A stretch of DNA of 15,979 nt from Octopus sinensis (taxonomy: Eukaryota): positions 1 to 15,979 of the forward strand of contig NW_021825319.1 in the NCBI RefSeq assembly GCF_006345805.1. The letters run 5' to 3'. Under the pieces are notes generated by a model. The model searched no databases. It saw nothing but the letters and a program-made list of their open reading frames with translations, and was not told where the DNA came from. Positions 10,128-15,979 of this stretch are shown here, piece by piece; the first letter of the stretch is position 1, and the number at the start of each line of letters is the position of its first letter. The position numbers and the translations under genes are program-made.

Positions 10128-10363
10128 GCTTATTTCTTTATTACCCTCAAGTGGCTAAACATAGAGGGGGGCAAAAAAAGGACAGACAGACGGATTAAGT
10201 CGATTACATCGATCCCAGTACGTAACTGGCACTTAATTTATCGACCCCGAAAGGCTGAAAAGCAAAGTCGACCTCGGTGAAATTTGAACTCAGAACGTAA
10301 CGGCAGACGAAATACCGCTTAGCGTTTTGCCCGACGTGCTAACCTTTCTGCCAGCTCGCTGCC
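10128..10363 (-). mobile_element. SINE family D copy with an alternative 3' tail
   Basis: Minus-strand head GGCAGCGAGCTGGCAGAAAGGTTAGCACG and the same core. The tail (10128-10197) differs from that of 9936-9980. Confidence 0.82.
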
Positions 10364-10699
10364 TTTTGTGTGTGTTTGTATTACATTGTATATGTTTATA
10401 CCTTTACATGCGCACACACACATATTTTTGGAGCAAGAGTGAAAGTCGGGGTTTCGAATACGACCAATTACTGTCGTAGTTCTGATCGCAAAACATGGCA
10501 ACTGGCACCGTGACGACGTTCGCTTCAATGACCCGACGGAAAGCTTGCAGGTAATCATTGTCACCTCTGAGGGCGTGGGTGTAGGGATAGTTACGGAACA
10601 GAAACTGAAACGAATTGACCAAAGGGCGCCACCAGGAGTGGAACCTTAGGCACGCGATTCTGACCCCGGTAGGATTGACAGCGAGATATCTCTTTCTCG

Positions 10700-10986
10700 A
10701 TTCCGATCACAAAACTACCTGCTCGTGAAATTATCGTGCATGTGGCTGAGAATTCCACAGACACGCCTACTCACTCTTAACGTAGTTCTCAGGGAGATTC
10801 AACGTGACACAAGGTATGAAAAGGCTGTCGATTAGGGTACGGCTCATCTTTGCCAGCTGAGTGGACTGGGGCAAAAGGAAAATAAAGAGTCTTGCTTAAG
10901 GACAAGACATGTCACCAGATATCGAAATCATAAAGTTTCAATTATGAGCCGAATGCCTACCCCTAACTACCAAGCCATGCACCTTC
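10700..10986 (-). mobile_element. Diverged SINE, family E (B-type head/core, third tail type)
   Basis: Minus strand GAAGGTGCATGGCTTGGTAGTTAGGG...TGTCCTTAAGCAAGACTCTTTATTT...CCAGTCCACTCAGCTGGCAAA. The 3' boundary is approximate. Confidence 0.65.
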
Positions 10987-11035
10987 ACATATAAGCTCAC
11001 ATCACAATAACTGAAAGTAAAAACACAGTTAAATC

Positions 11036-11447
11036 CATACATACATACATACATACATACATACAAACATACATACATACATACATATATACATATATAC
11101 ATACATACATACATATATACATACATACATACATACAAACATACATACATGCATACAAACATACATACATACATATATACATACACACATACAAACATAC
11201 ATACATATATACATACAAACATACATACATGCATACAAACATACATACATACATATATACATACATACATACAAACATACATACATACATACATACATAC
11301 ATACAAACATACATACATACATACAAACATACATACATTCATACATACATACATACATACAAACATACATACATTCATACATACATACATACATTCATAC
11401 ATACATACATACATATATACATACATACAGACATACACACACACATA
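11036..11447. repeat. (TACA)n tetranucleotide array with AACA/TATA/TTCA variants
   Basis: About 410 bp of tandem ATAC units; source of the MYVC and HTYI ORFs. Confidence 0.95.
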
Positions 11448-11454
11448 TGTTTGT

Positions 11455-11729
11455 TTGTTCCTCCTCGAGCCATGCCTGGCTCATTAGGGCCGGTTTCCTG
11501 GTTTCCTTGGCGTATAGGTTCCCCACCTGGACGGGACGCCGGTCTGTCGCAGGTGAGCTGCAAGATGCAGGAGGAAAGAGGGAGAGAAAATTGTGGCAAA
11601 ACAGTCAGCAGACGTTTCGCCATTACCTTCTGCCGGAGCCGCGTGGAACTTAGGTGCTTCGCTCATAAACACAACACGCGATCCCTCGACCGCGAGTCCG
11701 CGGCTCTAACCACCAGGCTATGTGCCTCC
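11455..11729 (-). mobile_element. tRNA-derived SINE, family F (B box deleted)
   Basis: Minus strand GGAGGCACATAGCCTGGTGGTTAGAGCCGCGGACTCGCGGTCGAGGGATCGC runs straight into the core GTGTTGTGTTTATGAGCGAAGCACCT, followed by a GC-rich tail. Confidence 0.7.
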
Positions 11730-11810
11730 ACACATACATACATACGTATATGTATGTATATATGTATGTGTATATATATGTGTATTTGAGTGTGTATATA
11801 CACATATATG

Positions 11811-11843
<33 letters not shown>

Positions 11844-11986
11844 GTATGTTTGTATGTATGTGTGCAAGTAGGTGTATATGTACAAGTGTTTGTATACATT
11901 TTTGGAAGCACAACAAATGTATTTCCGTTAACACCATATGAAAATATACGATCACTAACGTCATCACAACCATCATTCACCGTTCT

Positions 11987-12391
<405 letters not shown>

Positions 12392-13060
12392 AGGTTTCTT
12401 CAAACAGCAACGAGAGCAGCAACAACAGCAGCAGCAACAACAACGATATCGAGTGGCATAGGAAAATCAACAACAACAACAAAACAAAACACTCAACAAG
12501 ATGGAATCTATTGTAGGCTGATCCTAAAACAACGTGTTGACATCTGCTGCACGTTTCTTCTTTTTTTTGTGTTTTTTTTTGGCTTGTCTTTTCTTTCTTT
12601 TTTTTTTTTGCATATCTTTGATAGAAACAGCAGATGTGTTCTTTGGCAGAATGGTTTGGACGGTTCCTATGTGCAGGGCATGGAAAGAAAGACACCGTGT
12701 AGGCTTGTAAATGTCAGGGTTGAATCTTTCTAATTGGATGGCCACAGAAATATTATGTCGTATAGTGTTGTGTTGATATACGGATGTATATGTATGCACA
12801 TGCGTGTGTATGTATATATGTTGAATGAGTGTGTATGTAGTGGTATACTGGTATACATCTGCATGTATGTATGAATATGTATTCATACATACATGCATAT
12901 GTGTGTGTGTGTGGTGTGTGTGTGTGTGTGTGTGTGTACATATATAACTTAGGGTATCTAATTTTAATAATAATTATTACCTTTGAATGTTTTCATTTCC
13001 ATGCCGGCCACTTGATAACATCGTTATTTAATTTAAATTAATGATATTATCCTTATTTAT

Positions 13061-13113
<53 letters not shown>

Positions 13114-13137
13114 CATATATACATATATATATACATA

Positions 13138-13332
13138 CTCTTTTACATGTTTCAGTCATTTGACTGCGGCCATGCTGGAACACTGCCCTTAGTCGAGCAA
13201 ATCGACCCCAGAACTTATTCTTTGTAATCTAGTACTTATTTTATCAGGGTATTTTGCCGAACCGCTAAGTTACGGGGAAGTAATCACACCAGCATCGGTT
13301 GTCAACCGATGTTGGTGGGGGACAAACACAGA

Positions 13333-13363
<31 letters not shown>

Positions 13364-13382
13364 CCACACACCACACCACACC

Positions 13383-13413
<31 letters not shown>

Positions 13414-13544
13414 GGATAATACGACGGGCTTCTTTCAGTTTCCGTCTACCAAATCCACATACAAAGCTTTGGTCGGTCCGAGGCTATAGTAGAAGACACT
13501 TGCCCAAGGTGCCACGCAGTGGGAATGAACCCAGAAACATGTGG
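13138..13544 (-). mobile_element. SINE family A with internal microsatellite and LINE-like 3' tail (A box lost)
   Basis: 13421-13544 matches the family A core. (TA)/(CA) runs occupy 13326-13412. A unique segment follows, ending ...TCCAGCATGGCCGCAGTCAAATGACTGAAACATGTAAAAGAG. Confidence 0.78.
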
Positions 13545-14097
13545 ACCAACGAAAGTTCTCTAAAGTGAGGCTGTGTAGGTCCTTTGTCACACCCTCATTC
13601 ATCTTCAAAACTCCTGTGGTCCTCCTTCAACGAGTGGAGGTGGAGGGAAATAATCAAAACTCAAATGGAGTAAGTTTTGGATTGTAGGGGTTGGTGGTGA
13701 GTGAGGTACAGTTTTGATGCTCGTCTCTGTCGAGTATTTGGTTCCCAGAATGTTCATCAGTGAACATCCTGGGAACAAAGTTTGCACAGAGTTTGCAAAT
13801 GCTCATAGCTTCATGAATAATTCTATGTACAGTTGCCACATTATCTCCAAACCGTATCCTTATTTTCTTCATAGACACCAAACAATCTTCACCCAGAAAA
13901 TTGCGCATTTTCTCAAATATATCTGATGTCCTGATGTCTCTCGTCTTTCCGTGTCTCTCATCGTCCACACCCACCGCCTTTCCTTGGACCTGTTGTGCTA
14001 ACGATAAAGTTTATCCATGAGCAGTTTTATGTCCCATTTTTACCCAGTTTAATACAGAATTTACTGCATAACAAGCTTCCAAATATACCAACTTCAT
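13545..14097 (-). pseudogene. Internally deleted mariner transposase remnant
   Basis: ATG at 14097. Motifs across frameshifts: AV-FCIKLGK, VDDERHGKTR, TVHRIIHEAMSICKLCANFVPRM (WVPR motif), SIKTVPH, PYNPKLTPFEF*LFP (YSPDLAP.D motif). The segment carrying D1 and D2 is missing. Confidence 0.85.
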
Positions 14098-14220
14098 TCT
14101 GCAAACTAATTAACTGCGACAAGCAGTATTTGGTAGGATGGGTTCAAAGTACTCTTACAGTCACCTCCTTCAAGCTGAAATGACAAAAGCTGGCAGATTA
14201 GCTTATTAGGAAGGGTTTTG

Positions 14221-15423
14221 AAACAGCTGCTTGACCTTTCAGATATCAACGAGATATATCTTGATTTTGCAAAGGCATTTGATAAGGTAGATCACAGCAT
14301 GATATGTCATAAGCTACGAGACCTTAGCATTGCTGGTAAACTGGGAGAGTGGCTGCATGACTTCCTTGAAGACTGAGGTCAGGAAGCTGTAGCTAATGGT
14401 GTCCTTTCTGAGGAAACTCAAATCCTTAGTGGCGTCCCCCAGTTAACTGTTCTGGGGTCATTACTGTTCATAATAGCCCTCTTAGACATTCCCATGGTCA
14501 CTCGGACAGTCACTGTCAGTAGGTATGCCGTTTATACAAAATTATCTCTGGCAATAAAAAAACAAGATGACATCGCAAGCTTACAGCGTGATCTGTTCAA
14601 AATAAACAACATGCAGCTTAATGCTGGAAAATTTCAAGCACTGTACTATCAACTCACGAATGCACTACAGCCTGCATACAGGGGACCCGAAGGCACTACA
14701 ATCCCAGAGTCACAGGCAGTGAAAGACTTAGGGACCAGTATGTGCAATGACGCATGGCAGTAAAGTGCAGACAACTGGCAGGATGGATATTGATGTCTTT
14801 CAAGACAAGGGACCAAGAAACTATGCTGATCCAGTGGAGAACCTTTGTTCTCAGCTTCCTGTACTACTGCTCCCAGTTATGGTCACCACATAGTGCCAAA
14901 CTAACAGCGGAGCTTGAAGCAGTCCAACGCCACTACACTAAAAAGATTGAGACAGTGCAGTGGATGAGATACAGGATAAGCTGAGAAAACTGCAACTTTA
15001 CTCCCTGGAGCGAAGGCGCGAGGGTTATGCAATAATCTACATATGGAAAACTCTAGAAGGACTAGTACCTAATTTCGGCATTGAGTATTATAGAAATGTT
15101 AGAACTGGCCGCCGTTGTATTGTACCAAAGGTACCATCCACTCTATCTAAATTCAGGACCAGGTACAGCAATAGTCTAGGGTTCAAAAGGCCACAGCTCT
15201 TCAATGCACTGCCACAAAAATGAAGAAGTCTGTATAAGGTGAAAGTAGGTGGACATGAGGTACAGACGAAGGCAGTGGAATCAATACACCAAATGGTCCA
15301 AAAGCTGGAACAAAGGGATTACAGGAGTGGTGATGTGAAACACCCCAGACTGAGGAAATCAGAAAGACCACGGTGGTTCTCCAGCATGGCTGAAACAAGT
15401 GAAAGTGTAAGAGTAAAAGAGAG
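14221..15423 (+). mobile_element. 5'-truncated CR1-clade non-LTR retrotransposon (RT pseudogene plus 3' UTR)
   Basis: IYLDFAKAFDKVDH, SGVPQLTVLGSLLF, YAVYTKL (decayed YADD), YCSQLWSP..ELEAVQRHYTK, LYSLERRRE. In-frame stop at 14374-14376 and at least two frameshifts (ORFs at 14494, 14754, 14960). Confidence 0.92.
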
Positions 15424-15424
15424 A

Positions 15425-15465
<41 letters not shown>

Positions 15466-15979
15466 TGTGAGTAAACACATAATATATAAAGTAAATATAT
15501 ATATCTATGTATATATATATAAATATACGTACATATATGCGTGTGTTTGTGTGTGTGTGTATGTGTATGTGTGTATGGAAAAACAGGTGTACATAGTTTT
15601 ATGTTCAATATACCTATATTATACTGTATATTTTCAATATACAAACACGAATTCGATCATCAGATTAAGGAACCTGCTTCAACCATTTCCTTAATTTATA
15701 TTATAGATCTCACTGACGATAACATCCGTATGAGATAATCTCATTTACCATGTATTTAGCCCACTTATACCAGGGTATTTAATCAATTTATTGATTAGAT
15801 CATGTGATGTAACATGGGTACGTTGATTTCGTAATAGAGACCAAAATATCGGATAATTTCCATTTAGAAATTGGTAAATTTATTGTATATCGATGTTTGG
15901 ATTTAGAGAGATCCGAACTAATGATATTGGAAATTGGGCCATGATATACAACTACGCATGTGTGTGTGTAGGGGGTGTA

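Noticed and set aside
13754-13760. CTGATGA on the minus strand as a hammerhead core
   Set aside because: It corresponds to the T-D-E codons of the mariner remnant, with no stem II plus GAAA downstream.
15705-15745. CTGACGA within a small hairpin
   Set aside because: No GAAA and no three-way junction; a simple ATCTCA/TGAGAT stem explains it.

Overview
AT-rich, microsatellite-dense animal genomic DNA with no intact protein-coding gene that I can support. The repeat content resembles an octopus/coleoid cephalopod intron or intergenic region (inference from pattern recognition, not a search). Most listed ORFs are translations of (TA)n, (CA)n, (TACA)n, (GATA)n and (CAT)n. The window holds about 13 tRNA-derived SINE copies or fragments with modular tails, a decayed DD37D (maT-type) transposase, an internally deleted mariner, a Tc2/pogo-like end, a 5'-truncated CR1-clade LINE, a probable non-autonomous Helitron and two long near-perfect palindromes. 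The most interesting signal is a ~206-nt non-coding repeat (2419-2624, also in inverted and collapsed copies). It folds into a minimal type I hammerhead ribozyme of the kind carried by Penelope-like elements, but with the core C3-G8 pair swapped to G3-C8. A second, unrelated palindrome carries the 3' half of the same architecture. The LINE 3' end also matches the 3' tail of one SINE family, suggesting a SINE/LINE partner pair.
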